A stretch of 64,000 nt of DNA, from positions 170,872,001 through 170,936,000 of the forward strand of contig OX597814.1 of the NCBI GenBank assembly GCA_951406725.2, in the 5' to 3' direction. Within the stretch, counting starts at the first letter, position 1, and each line of letters starts with the position of its first letter. Below are positions 24,785-38,637 of this stretch, one piece after another. The DNA comes from Octopus vulgaris (Eukaryota). A model generated the notes under the pieces. It did not search any database and was not told the origin of the DNA. It saw only the letters and a program-made list of their open reading frames with translations. A program made the position numbers and the translations under genes.

Positions 24785-25200
24785 GGCACAAGCATGGCTA
24801 TGTGGTAAGAAGTTCGCTTCCCAACCATACGGTCTTAGGTTTAGTCTCACTGTATGGCACCTTGGGCAAGCATCTTCTACTATACACAGGTTGACCAGAG
24901 CCTTGTGAGTGGATTTAGTAGGCAGAAACTTTAAGAAGACAGTCATATGTGTGTGTGTGTCTTTGTATCTAAGTTTGTCCCTCACCACCACTCGGCAGCT
25001 AGTGTTGGCATGTTTATGTTCCTGTAACTTAGTGATTCAACAAAAGAGATCAATAGAATAAGTGACAGGCTTTACATAAAAAAATAAATAAATGAAATAA
25101 AATAATAAGTACTGGGACTGATTCATTCAACTAAAAATTCAAGGTGGTGCACCAGCATGGCCACAATCTAATGACTGAAACAAGTAAAAGAGATGAAAGA
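24785..25200 (+). mobile_element. SINE K full-length copy
   Basis: A-box TGGCTATGTGG, CORE-like GGCACCTTGGGCAAGCATCTT, tail TGACTGAAACAAGTAAAAGAG. Confidence 0.9.
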
Positions 25201-25400
25201 AATATGTAAACACACACATATACATACACATTACATATATACATATACACACACATAATATATATATATAAATAAATACATACATATATATACACATACC
25301 TACATATTTACATACATACATAATAATAAAATAAATATAAGAGAGTGGTCACTATATTGATCACCCTAGCACCACTAATTCTCTCACCCTTATTAATTAA

Positions 25401-25651
25401 TTACATACATACATACATACATATTTATATATATATACATACATACATATTTATATATATATACATACATATATACATACATACATACATACACATACAT
25501 ACATATATATACACATACATACATATATATACACATACATATATATATACACACACATACATACATGCATATTTATATATATATACATACATACATATTT
25601 ATATACATACATATATACATGCATATTTATATATATACATACATACATACA

Positions 25652-25693
<42 letters not shown>
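25401..25693. repeat. Compound (TACA)/(TA)n microsatellite
   Basis: Directly visible; source of the spurious YIHT-type ORFs. Confidence 0.95.
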
Positions 25694-25697
<4 letters not shown>

Positions 25698-27090
25698 GCA
25701 CCAATATAACATATTGATCAGCTGGCATTAGTGTCAGGTCATGGAGACACCATGTAACAAGAACTGGGTATGGAATATGGAGGACAAAGAGAGAAAAAAA
25801 TGTGAATGCCCCGCAGGAAGGTAAAAGAGAAGCAGATGATGTGGGGCTTATTCAGGTTGTTTTTCTTTTCTTTTTTTAAGAAATATTGGGACTTAAAGGG
25901 ATATAAAAACAATTAAGGAATTGATTACAACAACAATAATAGCCATAATGTTTTTGAGAAACTGAGTGTATAGGGATTTTGGTGTTAAGATAATTTTATA
26001 GAGAATGGGTTTAAAGGAAGCAGCCAAAATCATTTATAAAATATGTCTCTGTTGGATACTTAAGCAAAGCAATCTGTTGATGCAGACAGAAAGTTGTATT
26101 AACTGTAATGACATTAAGAAAAAGACAATCCCAACAGGATTAGAGAGCATACATAGCTCCTAGCATTATTCGGCCTAACAGAAAATCCATCTTATAGTAC
26201 GAGTTTTATCTCCAATAGGTTTAATGTGACTTTTACGAAAAAGAAATTTTTGTTCCTCAAACATTGAAAGATGAGAAACCACCAATATATTCAAGAGATC
26301 AAAAATGTGAATGAAAAGTAAATGTTTTGGTATTATGGAATATCAAAGCAAAAATATAGTAAAAATAACACTAAAATTTTAACTTTTCTAAACAGGAAAA
26401 TCATATAAAATAAAAATAAAGGAAAATAAAATGAAAAAAAAAAAGCATTCTTCTATGAATGCTGAAGGACAATGAGATTTAAAATAAAAGAGAATCTTTT
26501 GAATAAAATAAAATAGATGTTGGCAATTTTGTGTATTAACTTTTCTTTTTTATTTTTCTTTTGTGTATGTGTGTGTGTGACTTAAACCACAAATACTTTA
26601 AACCACAACAACATGAAGTATTGCAGAGACTAATAGATTAAAAGTATATGGATTTTTTAAAAAGTTGTTGTTATTGTTGCCGTTATCATCATCATCATCA
26701 TCATCATCATCATAGTCGTCATCATCATCATCACTGGACTTCTTTCCAGCCATCTACATTACATGATGGTTACATTGTTTTGAATTAATGGAATCTGAAG
26801 GAAGGAGTGAGGTGAGGGGGGATAAAAGAAGAAGTGATATGAAAGAAACTAACAGTGCACACATAGACTTCCCACAATCGTGTGTGTGCATATGTGTGCG
26901 TGTGTGCGTGCATGTGTGTGTGCGCATGAGTGATAGAGAGAGAAAGGTAATATGAACATCAAATTTATTAGAAGTGGAGAGAATAAGTGAATCTACTAAT
27001 TCTTGATTAAATGTCTGAGATGAGTTATTGTTAATAAGATTATAATTTTTCGGACTATTAACCTCGTCTTTAGAGATGAAGCACTTTTTA

Positions 27091-27350
27091 ATCATCATCA
27101 TCATCATCATTGTGATTTAATGACTATTTTCCATGCTGGCATGGGTTGTACAGCTTGTCAGGAGCTGGCAATCTGGAGGGCCGCACCAGGCTCCCCCCAG
27201 TGGCCTATTTTGGCATGGTTCTTATGGCTGGATGCCCTTCCTAATGTCAACCAATTTACAAAGTGTACAGTGGTGCTTTTTTACATGGCATCGGGATGGG
27301 TGCGTTTCATATGGCTCTGGCATGGGTGCTTTTTATGTGGCAGCAGCATA
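27091..27350 (-). mobile_element. SINE N copy
   Basis: (ATC)n + TTTCCATGCTGGCATGGGTTG..GGCTGGATGCCCTTCCTAATG, reverse of the family motif. Confidence 0.8.
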
Positions 27351-27562
27351 AGTAGGCATCTTATTCCTGGTTATGTACATCATGCAAAACCTTTTTTACT
27401 AGAGAAGACTGAGGATAAGAACGTTGCTGCTGCTACTACTAGTTTAAAAATTAAGGTTCCTTATACAAATTCAGTTTGATACTATTTACATATCTGGGAA
27501 CAAGACATTTGCTGATGATAATGATGCTTGGAGATCAAACTGATTAAAACATTAGTGTAGAT

Positions 27563-27872
27563 TAGTGGTTCCCAAAGTGGACAGTATTACCCCTCTGGAA
27601 GCGGTGGAAAGTTCCAAGGGGGTGTTGAAGGAAAGGGAGGCGATAATGGGGTAGCGATTCAAGTAAAAAAGTGGGGTGATAATGGGGTAGTGATTCATGT
27701 AAAAACCACAAAATAATGGGTTCAGTAGGTTAAGTTTTATTTGTGAAATACAGTTGCTTTGAATTTGCTTCAGAAAGAGGTCTATGTTTATGATGGTTAG
27801 TTGGGGAGGGGCGCTAGGAATGTGGCCTAGGTGTCAAGGGGACGGCAGCCCGACAATATTTGGGAACCACTG
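27563..27872. mobile_element. hAT MITE
   Basis: 8-bp TSD GTGTAGAT (27555-27562, 27873-27880); TIR TAGTGGTTCCCAAA / TTTGGGAACCACTG. Confidence 0.92.
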
Positions 27873-27889
27873 GTGTAGATATACTTTAA

Positions 27890-28092
27890 TTCTGGCACAA
27901 GGCCAACAACTTTTAGGTGAGAGACCCCCCCCCCCCGCCCCGTGATCAACTAATACCCCACTATATTGACCCTGAAAAATGAAAGATAAGGTTGACCTCA
28001 GCAACATTTGAACTCAGAAGGTAACAAGCTAAAGGAAATGTCACTAGACATTTTGTCTGGTGCAGTAATGATTTTGCTGGATAACTGCCTTC
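27890..28092 (-). mobile_element. SINE M copy (decayed)
   Basis: GGCACAAGGCC..ATTGACCCTGAAAAATGAAAG..TTTGAACTCAGAA. Confidence 0.75.
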
Positions 28093-28894
28093 TATTGGTG
28101 TATATAGTAAGAAAAGAAAAAAAAAAACCCAAAAAGCATTTCATATTTCTAAACATGGTAATTAGTCTGAAAAATTATAATCATAGTATTAATTGTTATA
28201 GTTAATAATAAAACATATTTTCAAAAACATCTGCTCCTTGCCAAGAATGAAAAAAGATGACTTATAAAGAACAATTAACTTCTATTAAGTTCTGTAAATA
28301 AGAAATAATAAAATGTCATATTCCAAATAGTGGGAAAACAATGTCGATTAAAGCGAGAAAATAAAATTCTTAAGACCATAAAGAAAATACTCGGCTGTCC
28401 CTCCCCACCACCGCTTAATTTGGAAATGACAAAACTGAAATTAACTGAAGAATGAATTATTGGAAAGTGAATATGTTGTTATATATTAATTGAAGAGTTG
28501 ATTAAAAGAAGGGATATGGTTATGCACATACATCAACCAAAAGAAAACAAACAAATAATTTTAAAAGTTTGTTAAAATTAAAACTGGAAATAATAAGAAA
28601 AAAATGGTGGTACCCCAGCATGGCTTAAGACATGATAGCTAAAACAAATTAAAGAATTAAAAATGAAACAAGTAACATTATGCTGGGAACAGGGCTGCGA
28701 TGATGGTAAAAGTGGTGATGGTGGCGATTGGGATGGTGGTTGTGGTTGTTATTTGAATGGTATATATATTTTTATAGTTATTTGTCAATCATCTTTAGTA
28801 AATTTGGAAGTGAAGGTTTAAGGATAGGGAGCGGTAGAAGTCAGGAATGGATGTGTAGAGTCTACTATTACTGTGTCTAATGTGACCTGCTGCA

Positions 28895-29135
28895 CTAAGC
28901 ACTCTTATTAGAGTCATAAGCTGTGATTTGCAGAATGTGATGAATTACCGTGGTCTCAGGAATAAAGCCAATCTTTTCCGTTGCAACTTTGGCAACAATC
29001 AAATTGTAGCTGTGCCAGATGATAAATTCTGAGGATCTTGATAGTTTAAGATTACTTAATACTAGTTGGCCTGCAAGAGACTGCATCATTGCTCTGTCCT
29101 GGTTCTCTTTAGTTAGCAGAAAAAGGAAGTGCCAA
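28895..29135 (-). mobile_element. Highly decayed LINE reverse-transcriptase fragment
   Basis: Across frameshifts: TKENQD..SCRPTSI..IKIL..IGFIPETTVIHHI, resembling the K..KD..YRPISL..KIL..Q.GF.P..ST..HI order of non-LTR RT subdomains 1-2. Confidence 0.4.
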
Positions 29136-29312
29136 ACCTTTGTACAGTTTGAAGAGAAATTTGAAGAAAGTGGCAGATCTTTTATAGCCTGAATATGGAG
29201 GAATGGTTGCTGCTCAGTTTAGAGATACACTCTTTATATAATTGAGAAAGAGTGGTTGTTTACTAGTACCATACCAGTCCTTTTCCAGCAGATTTATAAC
29301 CAAAGGAGTGAA

Positions 29313-29545
29313 GGTGCTAGGCTTAGTGGTTAGGGTGTTGCACACATGATTGTAAAATCATGGTTTCAATTCCTGGACTGGGTGGTGTATCGTGTTTTTG
29401 AGCAAAACACTTCATTACACATTGCCTCAATTCACTCGACTGTAAACGAGTAACCTTGCAATGGACTGGCATTCCATTTAGGAGAAATTGTGATCTTGGT
29501 CTTACACATACCATGGAAACTGGCTAACCAGCCCTACAAGTCCAA
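29313..29545 (+). mobile_element. Separate tRNA-derived CORE-type SINE (single copy here)
   Basis: A-box-like AGGCTTAGTGG, B-box-like GGTTTCAATTCC, CORE-like TTGAGCAAAACACTT, then CTTGCAATGGACTGGCATTCC, a block common in metazoan SINEs. Confidence 0.7.
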
Positions 29546-30309
29546 GGACCCAAAAGACAGTACTTTATGACGAAAGGTGTTCAAACCATAATGCTTTTGT
29601 CCTTTTTTTTTTGTATATATAAAACTGAATTGTTTAAAGTCTACTTTGTTTTAAAGACAACTTTAAAATGAAGGGTAATTTAATTGCCATTTGTAGAAGG
29701 TTCACAAACCAGAGAACCTTCTACAGGTACATTATATGTGATGCAGAAATAGTAGTTTTTATTGGAAGCAGAAAAATCTTCAAATTATGAAGTCCAAATA
29801 ATGATCGCTGTTGTTTATGCTCAAGTGAAACTTGATTTCTGATAAAGAAGACCTATGATCAAAGCATTTCAACCATGACCATCCCCTTATATGCCTGATT
29901 ATAATGTCTATTTTAGAGAAACAAGGTGTTTCACAACCTAAACCAAGACATACCACAGATTTATTTTCACCTGGTGAAGCCAAAAAAGGTGAAACTTTGA
30001 AGTCATACCTGTCAATTTTTTCCATGTAAAAAAATAAAGCTGATACTCTACTTAAATATATTGTGTAATCCTTCAATAAATCTTTGTTTTTATAGATGGC
30101 AATACATAAACATCATCATCATCCACACACACAAATACACATATAAAGATCAATAAATGGATATGTAGAGAGAAAGATAGAGGAAGACAGATAGAAAGAT
30201 AGATATGTATATACAGGAAGATTATATATATGTGCTAATACAGTCTCGATTTAACTAAAAATAACCTTGAACTTCTTAAAAGTTAAACAACAAACAAATA
30301 AAACTATAC

Positions 30310-30340
<31 letters not shown>

Positions 30341-31101
30341 GAGTAAAAAAATAAAAATTCTAAAATATATCTTAAAATCTTTTTTAAACTCTTGTCAAAT
30401 TTCTTTAGCTGCTGCAAATATAAGTATAAATCAATCAGTCAAGAAGAGACAACTGATTCTATACAAGTTTTTATTTATTATTAAAAAAAAAAAATTTTTA
30501 ATGGATTTTCAACTTCCGTTTCGTTATATTCATTTTAACCTGTGCAAGAAAGCTTTTGAAAGACCGTTTGAAGTTTAGATTGAAGTGCCTCTTAAAATTA
30601 TAGCTTATATATATATGACCCATGTAATACTTGCTGTTACCAAATTAACAATAACAACTTATAATACAGCTAGCTAGTTAGTTATGATATTCAGATTGAA
30701 TTTAAAACAAGTCTTTTATTTAGATTGTTTGATTAAGAAAAATCATATGATGTTGGAAATTAATCTGTAGACAAATCTTTGGATAGAGTAGCAAGAATAT
30801 AGGCAATTTAGTTAATGCACAGGACACAATAGTCTAATATTTGTAGTAACAGACAAATAAGAGATCTAGTTGGGCAGATTTAACTGTAATAGACCTAACT
30901 GCTGTTGGTTTATAAGGTGTCTACACAGGTGTATCTTTCAATTATGACATTACTGGTTCTTGCTTAGATTTTGACTTAATGGAACAGCAAATAATGTATT
31001 AGAAATAAAGTCTAATAATTATTCAGTTGTTTATTTCAACATACCTACTAACATTAATCAGCTAGGAATATTATCTTTTCATGAATCTCATAAGAGTTAT
31101 A

Positions 31102-31399
31102 GGCGTAGGAGTGACTGTGTGGTAAGTAGCTTGCTTACCAACCACATGCTTCCGGGTTCAGTCCCACTGCTGCGTGGCACCTTGGGCAAGTGTCTTCTAC
31201 TATAGCCTTGGGCTGACCAAAGCCTTGTGAGTGGATTTGGTAGATGGAAACTGAAAGAGGCCTATCATATATGTGTGTGTATGTGTGTGTGCTTGTGTGT
31301 CTGTGTTATTCACCACCTTTAGTTGATTTGCTCGACTAAAGGCAGTGCTCCAGCATGGCCGCAGTCGAATGACTGAAACAAGTAAAAGAGAAAAAGAGA
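31102..31399 (+). mobile_element. SINE K copy (well-preserved head)
   Basis: GGCGTAGGAGTGACTGTGTGGTAAG..GGGTTCAGTCCC..GGCACCTTGGGCAAGTGTCTTCTACTATAGCC..tail GACTGAAACAAGTAAAAGAG. Confidence 0.92.
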
Positions 31400-32035
31400 G
31401 TTAAAGATCTTTAGCTGGCTTACATAGATTAGAAACATGACTGCCCCTCCCTCCCAGCCATTGTTGTTAATTAACTCCACTGATTGACAAAATTTATGAT
31501 GAAAGAGATTCTGAGTGTGTGACCATCCCTGCCTGTGTACAATTAAGAGTAGATAGCCCAATGATAAAATTCATGTTTTAAGAAGGCAAGGAGTGATTTG
31601 AAGGGAATTTAGCTTCATACACATATAAATGCATGCACAGAACTGGACCTCTTATCCAGCTTCCAGAGATCCAAAATTTCCATAATTCCAAGAATATTGT
31701 GAAATACTGTGCAATATATTACTGTATCCTGTATTGAGTAAAGAGACCCTGTTTTTGGAGTTGATTAAGGTGCATAAAAGTAGTATTATTCTTTACTCTT
31801 TTAAGTGGATTAACAAACATGAAACATACTCTGCTTTAGAAGTGTATTAATTTGTACCTGTATCTTTTAAAATCATATTCTTTACTATTTTTCACTTATG
31901 TTTTCATTTTATAAACATTATACTGTACACATGGAATAATACATATTAAACAGGTCCTGCTTTAGAGGTGTATAAACTGGAATCTGTTAAATGCAATTCA
32001 TTTCTTTATTTTACATAGTTAATTTTATATTTCAA

Positions 32036-32255
32036 CCCTTTCGTTACTGTATTTATTTTGAGAGGCTCTGTGTTTCTTTCAATTACTTTAAATATCAGAA
32101 AGAATTTAGTAAAATAACTTAGTTATCATTCAGCTAGTGTTAGGAACATAAATTGTGATTAAGGTTTGGTGGAAGATTTTAATTCAGAACTTATGAAAAT
32201 AAGACATTTGTACTCAGAGCCAGAGCCGGTTTCAACTGGGTTGGTAACGAAAGGG
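32036..32255 (+). mobile_element. piggyBac-type MITE family A
   Basis: TIR CCCTTTCGTTAC/GTAACGAAAGGG; flanks TCAA/CTAA (decayed TTAA). Confidence 0.9.
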
Positions 32256-34246
32256 CTAAGTATATATTTGGACTGTCTTCAGAAAATCTAAAAATCTGGG
32301 ACTCTTCTAGTCCCAAGCTTGCCGGATAATTAGCCCATTACTTGTGTGTGTGTATATACATGTGTGGGCGCAATGGGCTTCCAAACAGTTTCTTTCTATC
32401 AAATTAACTCTCAAAGCATTGGTCAACCAGGGCCTATATATATATAGTAGAAGACACTTGCCCAAAGGAATTGAACATGAAACCAAGTGCATGCAAAGTG
32501 CAGACTTACATCATGAATTAGCTTCATTAGTGTAAACTTGGACTCGATTATCAACAACAAGAGTACCGTGATATTAATGATAAAAATAATGGTAAAAAAA
32601 AAGGAACAAGTAGGTATTTATAAACTTTGGAAAGCTAGCAATTTTAATTTATCTCAGGTGATTAAATATTTTAAACTGATTTCAAAAGAAACTTGTAAAG
32701 AGAAAAAAGTACACAAGGTGTACGTAGGGGTGGGTGGGCATCATAAGTAATCTAAAAAATAAATGTAAAAGTAAAACGCATTTTTACAGTAAAACAAGTA
32801 AAATAGATTTTTGTACTAAAACGCAATTAAAAAAAAAACAACATAACTATAGAATTGTGTAATTATAATTTTGTACAGAATACTTAATTAGTTTCGTACA
32901 GAATAAAAAAACAAAAAAACTTGAGATATAAAAATAAAATACCAAAATATTACAATAATTTATAATTTGGTCCCATATCAGTATGGGAAAACAGATGTAT
33001 GATGACGATAATGGTTATGATGAGAAAGGGCAAAAAAAAAAAAAAAAAATCAGCAGTAATAATATTGCCTTTATTTGCCTCAAAGGTAGCAAATGAGGAA
33101 CATTATCAAAGTGAAGTAATAATAATAATAACAACAATAAAATAATAATAACCATCACCATCACTAAATTCACCATTATAATAATCAATAATCACATTAA
33201 GTAAATTGAACCTTCGTTCTTAATTCTTTCACTCCACAGAATGCATTTTAATGCGTTATTGTTGGCAAAAAAAAAAAAAGAGAGAAACTAAATGAATAAA
33301 TAAAAATCTCTTTCTCAAGTAATTAAAGTTCAAATTATAGAAATTAACTCTGTGATCAATAAAATCAGTTGCAGGAATATGCACCAAAGTCCATAGCAAC
33401 GGAAACAGTATTTACTCGCTCAACTGGATATTTAACAAAACTATGGACACACATACACACATATGTGCGATCATACATACACACACACAAAAAAAAAAAA
33501 AAAAAGACAGCACAAACACGGACACATGCATAAAAAAAATATTCAGAAATACATACAATCATAGAAATTCAGGCATAGGCACACATACATACACACAGTG
33601 GGGATATAGAGATATACATAGAAACAGAGCTCACACACACACAATCACTAGATACAATAAAACACATGCACACTTAACATACACACATACACACACAGCA
33701 ATCTAGTAAAATGGAAGAATTACAGATTTATTTGCATTCAATGAGCATAACCACTAATGCTACTAATGTAATCTATGTATACGTAGGTGTTCCAATATGT
33801 GAGTGCATGTATGTAGTACATTATACGTATACATAAATTAATACAAGTGTGTAGGTGTACACACAAATACGTACATGTGTTGAAATGTGCAGAAGAGTAT
33901 ATAAGTGCATGTGTCTTGTCTGTGTACAGGTAACAGTGAATGCATACATATGCATGCATAAATTAGCACCTCTGTAACCCACTAGATGGCTGTGCGTGTG
34001 TGTGTGCAACCAAATCTCTGGTGGTGTGGTGTGGTGTATATCATCTACAAGTGGGTTTTTCTAAAGTTGAGTGTATGCAAGATTGTATGTACAAATATGT
34101 GAGTACGCTTGAGGAAGGAAGTGGGGTAGACAAAGAGAGAGACGGGGCAGGAGAGATTGTGTTAGAGAAAGAGAGGGAGGGAAAAACATGTGAAAAACAG
34201 GGGTAGAAAGAGAAAGAAGATATGAGCAGGAGAGAATGAGAGAGCA

Positions 34247-34295
<49 letters not shown>

Positions 34296-35102
34296 GGAGA
34301 AGTGCCTGTTATTCACTCTATAAAGAATTTCACATCAAATCCACAAAAAGTGTCTTGGCAGGTGTAGGAGGGTTAAACATTAAAAAAAAATAAAACACCC
34401 CACTGTCACCACCACACATATTTTCCTCAAAATACCAGAAAGAGGATAGTTTGGTCTGATAGGAGGGTTAGAAGAGGCACATAACTAGTCCAAACAGAAC
34501 AGATAAACAAAGAGATCCGTTAAAGTAAACAGTAAATGACAAAGAGTGATTGCTGAGTGCCAGACATGTTTTGCGCTGATCGATATCCGTTAAAGTGGAG
34601 TGAATAAATGGCATCATGCCAGTATAAACAATTAACTATTATTACACGAGTCTAACCAATAAGGCAAAGGGGCTTCTGCGTGGCCACTTGATAAATCTAG
34701 AAGGAGAAACTAAATCTACCTTGAATCAATTGTTAGTGTCTTAACCTGTTAACTGTGAAATTAAATTTTGCTATTCCAGTAATGATGTTAAATATCAACC
34801 AAGAAAAGGAAAAAAGAAAAAAAAATATATATATATTTTTTTTTCCAGATCACATTGCCTCAATAAGACTTCACAGATTTCAACTAAAAATATTTATGAC
34901 AGTCCACGACAAAAGATATATTAGTGTGTATATAAAACCTGTTTATGCAGGTAAGGGTGATGAAATTTTTAAGTGGATATATCTGATTTCTTCAGTGAAA
35001 GGGTTTTAAAAAAAAATTTAAGGAATCAACAGACAGTAGCTATGGATATAATTTATACCTGTGGAAAGTTGTGATGGTTACAACAAGAATGTTCACAATT
35101 CT

Positions 35103-35402
35103 ACTGGTATAGCTGTGTGGTTAAGAAGCCTGCTTTGCAGACATGTGGTTTTGGGTTCAACCCTACTGTGCAGCACTTGAGCCTTCTGTTACAGTTTTTT
35201 ACTGACCAATGTGTTGCAAGAGAATTTTGTGTGTGTGTGTGCGTGTTTTCACCACTTGAGAAGTTGTGCGTGATTGTTAACACTGTCATAACTTAGCACT
35301 TTGCCGAAAGAAATCAATAAAATAGGAGCAGACTCAAAAAACTAAATATTGGGATTGATTTGTTTAAAAACCTTCAAGGTGGTGCTCCAGTTAGGAACTG
35401 CA
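35103..35402 (+). mobile_element. SINE K copy (decayed)
   Basis: TAGCTGTGTGGTTAAGAAG..GGGTTCAACCCC..CTTCAAGGTGGTGCTCCAG. Confidence 0.7.
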
Positions 35403-36064
35403 GTACCCCCTATTTCCACTTGATATTATCGATAACATTCAATATAATGAGTCCTTTTTTATTTAATTCTTTCTTTATACTGACTTAAGCTTAATGTCAG
35501 TAGCCATCTCCTAGTTTATGAAAAAAATACAAAAATCCTTGCATAGAACTGTGTGCTTCACAGTTCCAGTGACTTGGTGTTTGGCTGTTGTGCACATACA
35601 TGTCTGAGATAGGAAGCTGCACACTAGCGAGAGAGAGCACTGCGTGAAAGGTGGCATTTCTTTTTGACTCCACGTGCGTTGTGTGTAAAAACATGTTTAT
35701 ATTCTTGAATGTGATAAAGTGTATAATTTCAGCTTCAGCATTGCTGTGAGGATTTGAAAAACAGGGCACATCCACCCCAACCCCTATTTTGTGATCTAGG
35801 GGGTTGGGGTTGAAAAACAAGGGGTATTTGCAGTAGTGTTCAATGAAAAAAATTAAACAAACTGCCTGGCAGTGGTTAAAATACAAACAGATCAAGTTTA
35901 TGTATAAATTTTCTTTTTATATGTTTCCTATTACACAATATTAAAACAACAGCTAAAAAATTTTTGAAGCAACACTCCCACCAATTTTATCTACAAGTCA
36001 CCACTGAAAGGTACACTATGTCTGGAAAATGTTGTGATGGGTACACAATTGAAATGTTCATAAT

Positions 36065-36700
36065 TATATGGTTATGTGGTTTTGAGTTCAATCCAACTGC
36101 ACAGCAGCTTGGGCTAGTCTCTGCTACAATTGCCCGACTGACCAATGCCTTGATAGTGAATTTGGTAGATGAACATTGTATGAAAGCCCAATATATATTT
36201 CTTTGCTTCCCACAAGGGGCTAAACATAGAGGGGACAAGCAAGGATAGACAAAGGCATTAAGTTGATTACATTGATGCCAGTGCAAAACTCGTACTTAAT
36301 TTATTGACCCCCGAAAGGATGAAAGGCAAAGTCAAACCTCGGTGGAATTTGAACTCCGAACGTAACGACAGATGAAATACTGCTAAGCATTTCGCCCGGT
36401 GTGCTAATGTTTCTGCCAGCTCACCACCTTTGAAAGCCCAATATATGTATGTGTGCACGCAAGTGCATGAATGTATATATGTATGTGTGTGTGTGACTGT
36501 TTGTACTCACTACTTAACAATGGGTGTTGGTTTGTTTACATTCCTGTAAATTTGCCTAAAGAAACAAAGGTAATAAGTACCGGACTGAAAACAAAAACAC
36601 TAATTAATAAGCACAGAAGTCAATTCTTTGATTGGACTCTTCAAGATGGTGCCTCAGTATGGCCACAGTCCAAAACCAGTAAAAATAAAAGACAAAAAGA
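36065..36700 (+). mobile_element. SINE K copy interrupted by a SINE M insertion
   Basis: K body resumes after the duplicated TGAAAGCCCAATATAT. Confidence 0.75.
36197..36430 (-). mobile_element. SINE M subfamily with alternative tail
   Basis: 16-bp TSD TGAAAGCCCAATATAT (36181-36196, 36431-36446); tail TGTCTATCCTTG..TATGTTTAGCCCCTTGTGGG shared only with the 41147 copy. Confidence 0.92.
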
Positions 36701-36974
36701 TCTTGATCAACATGAGACAATAAGCAAACTGCCACAACGACAGAGGAGGCCTCGATAGTTGCTTGACACATTATATAATGAAGTCCTAGATACACTACAT
36801 CCGAAAACAAGAAATGAGATGGACACAGCTGGAACGTCATCAAGCACCTACTTCATCAGAGCAGAACTAAAGCCACACAACAACTATTATATACTAAAAT
36901 TGTTGCAGTGGTCCTTCTCTCTTTCTCTCTTTCTCTCATACAATGCATAAAATGAAGATGTTGAAGACAGTAAC

Positions 36975-37355
36975 CAAGACGATAATGAAGATACTGATGA
37001 TGGTGGTGGTGGTGGTTTTGACATTGATGGTGATGATGACGACGGTGGCGGTGGTAAATTACATTGGTATATTATAGACTACCTCATTATAGAGACTAAA
37101 ATTAAAAAGTGTGAAGTGAGAGTGTTCATAATGATGATGATAAAGATTATAACAGTAATGATGATGATGATGATTGCGGTAGTGATGATGATGGTGGTGG
37201 TGATAATTACACTGATATAGACTACATTTTGAGAAACAGGCTAAATTAAAAAGTGAGAAATATTGATAACAATGACATGTGATGATGATGAAGATGATGA
37301 TGATGATGATGGAGGTGGTGGAGGTGGTGGTGGTGGTGGTAGCAGTGATGGTGAC
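36975..37355. repeat. (GAT)n/(GGT)n low-complexity region with an internally repeated block
   Basis: Triplet tracts; the CTAAA(A)TTAAAAAG motif recurs at ~37096, 37241 and 37440. Confidence 0.8.
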
Positions 37356-37814
37356 TGAGTGTGATGAGTTTAGTGGTAGTGAAAATTACACATATATATA
37401 TATATATATATGTATGTATACTCCATTTTCAGATACAGACTAAATTAAAAAGCGAGAAATATGATAAAAAGCTTCTCATTGAAAATATTGATTCTAAAAT
37501 TATATTCTCCCCCCTCTTTCTTTCTATCTTTCTTTCTCTCTCTCACACACACACACAAATTACATAGACTCTTTCTCCTGGTTTCAGTCACTGGATTGCA
37601 GCTACGCTGAGTGCACTAGCTTCAAGATTTGTATTTTTATAATCATTTTTATTTTGTTAATTATTAAACTTATCAACCTCACAACTTATTTCAGTCTGCT
37701 CATTTTATTTTATTAATCTTTATTTATCTGTCTGCTACAACACTGGTTTTATAAAGAAGACAGGCACAAACACATATATACATAAGTGTGTGTGTGTGTA
37801 TGTGTGTATGCATT

Positions 37815-38637
37815 ATTCTGTCTGTGGGTGTGTTTGTGGAGTTGTTAGCTAACTCCTCCTACATTGTTTAATCAATTTTGAGGAAGCTTGACACGTGAGT
37901 TGAACTCATGTCTAGAAACCTCATGGCATACTCAGATTCGAAAAAAAATTCGATAATAGGGCCCCTGGAAGGGATCCTTGTATATAGCCAAGAGAAAGTA
38001 ATCCATTCATTTTCCTAAATTATTTAGTAACAATGAAATTTGAGTATGTGCATTTCTTAGTATCTGAACTGTTAGAGTTATTTTCGCAATTTATCCAGTA
38101 CAACCCTTAAACAAGTAAATATTATTTTCCTAAACAAAAGATCCACTTATTTCGGTTAGTGAGTTATTCATGAATATACCAACGTTAGTGCCCCTGAGGG
38201 CAATATTCTCTGGGAACACACAAAAGCCCTTTTCAGAGTTATTTATTGTTATTATCTCATTTTTGATTAGCCTGTTATTATGTAACATGCTTCACAATTT
38301 TAGTATACATACCTTATTAGTATTTCCTCCTATGTTCTATATACTCTGGGAACACATTAAAGCCCTTTTCAGGGCTACTTTATTTGAATTCTTACTACTG
38401 TTAGCTAATTTTATGTTATTACACAACTGACTTCACAATTTGGGTATTCATAACTTCTTGGGAATTCCTAAAAACAAGATCCTGTGTAAGACAGTTCGAT
38501 ATACTCTGTAAATGCACAAAAACTGTTTTAAGGGTTACATACTTTGTATTGTTGTTACTGGATTAGCGAAACAATTATGAGAATGGAACCAAGGGATAAG
38601 CCCCGCTTTCCCAGGAATTACCGGGTATGTCAGCTAT
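37815..38637 (+). mobile_element. Possible non-autonomous Helitron with internal direct repeats
   Basis: 3' hairpin CCCAGG-AATTA-CCGGG then TATGTCAG-CTAT (degenerate CTRR); three internal copies of ATA(T/C)TCT..AACAC..AAAGCCC.TTTCAG at ~38203, 38340 and 38500; 5' CTGTCTGT. Confidence 0.45.

Noticed and set aside
30505-30556. Hammerhead-like remnant on the minus strand (GUUA..UAAC-GAAACG)
   Set aside because: The CUGANGA core is absent; at most a decayed Penelope-type end between TA tracts.
34515-34596. Direct repeat ATCCGTTAAAGT 70 bp apart
   Set aside because: No element structure between the copies; a TSD, a motif pair and chance cannot be distinguished.
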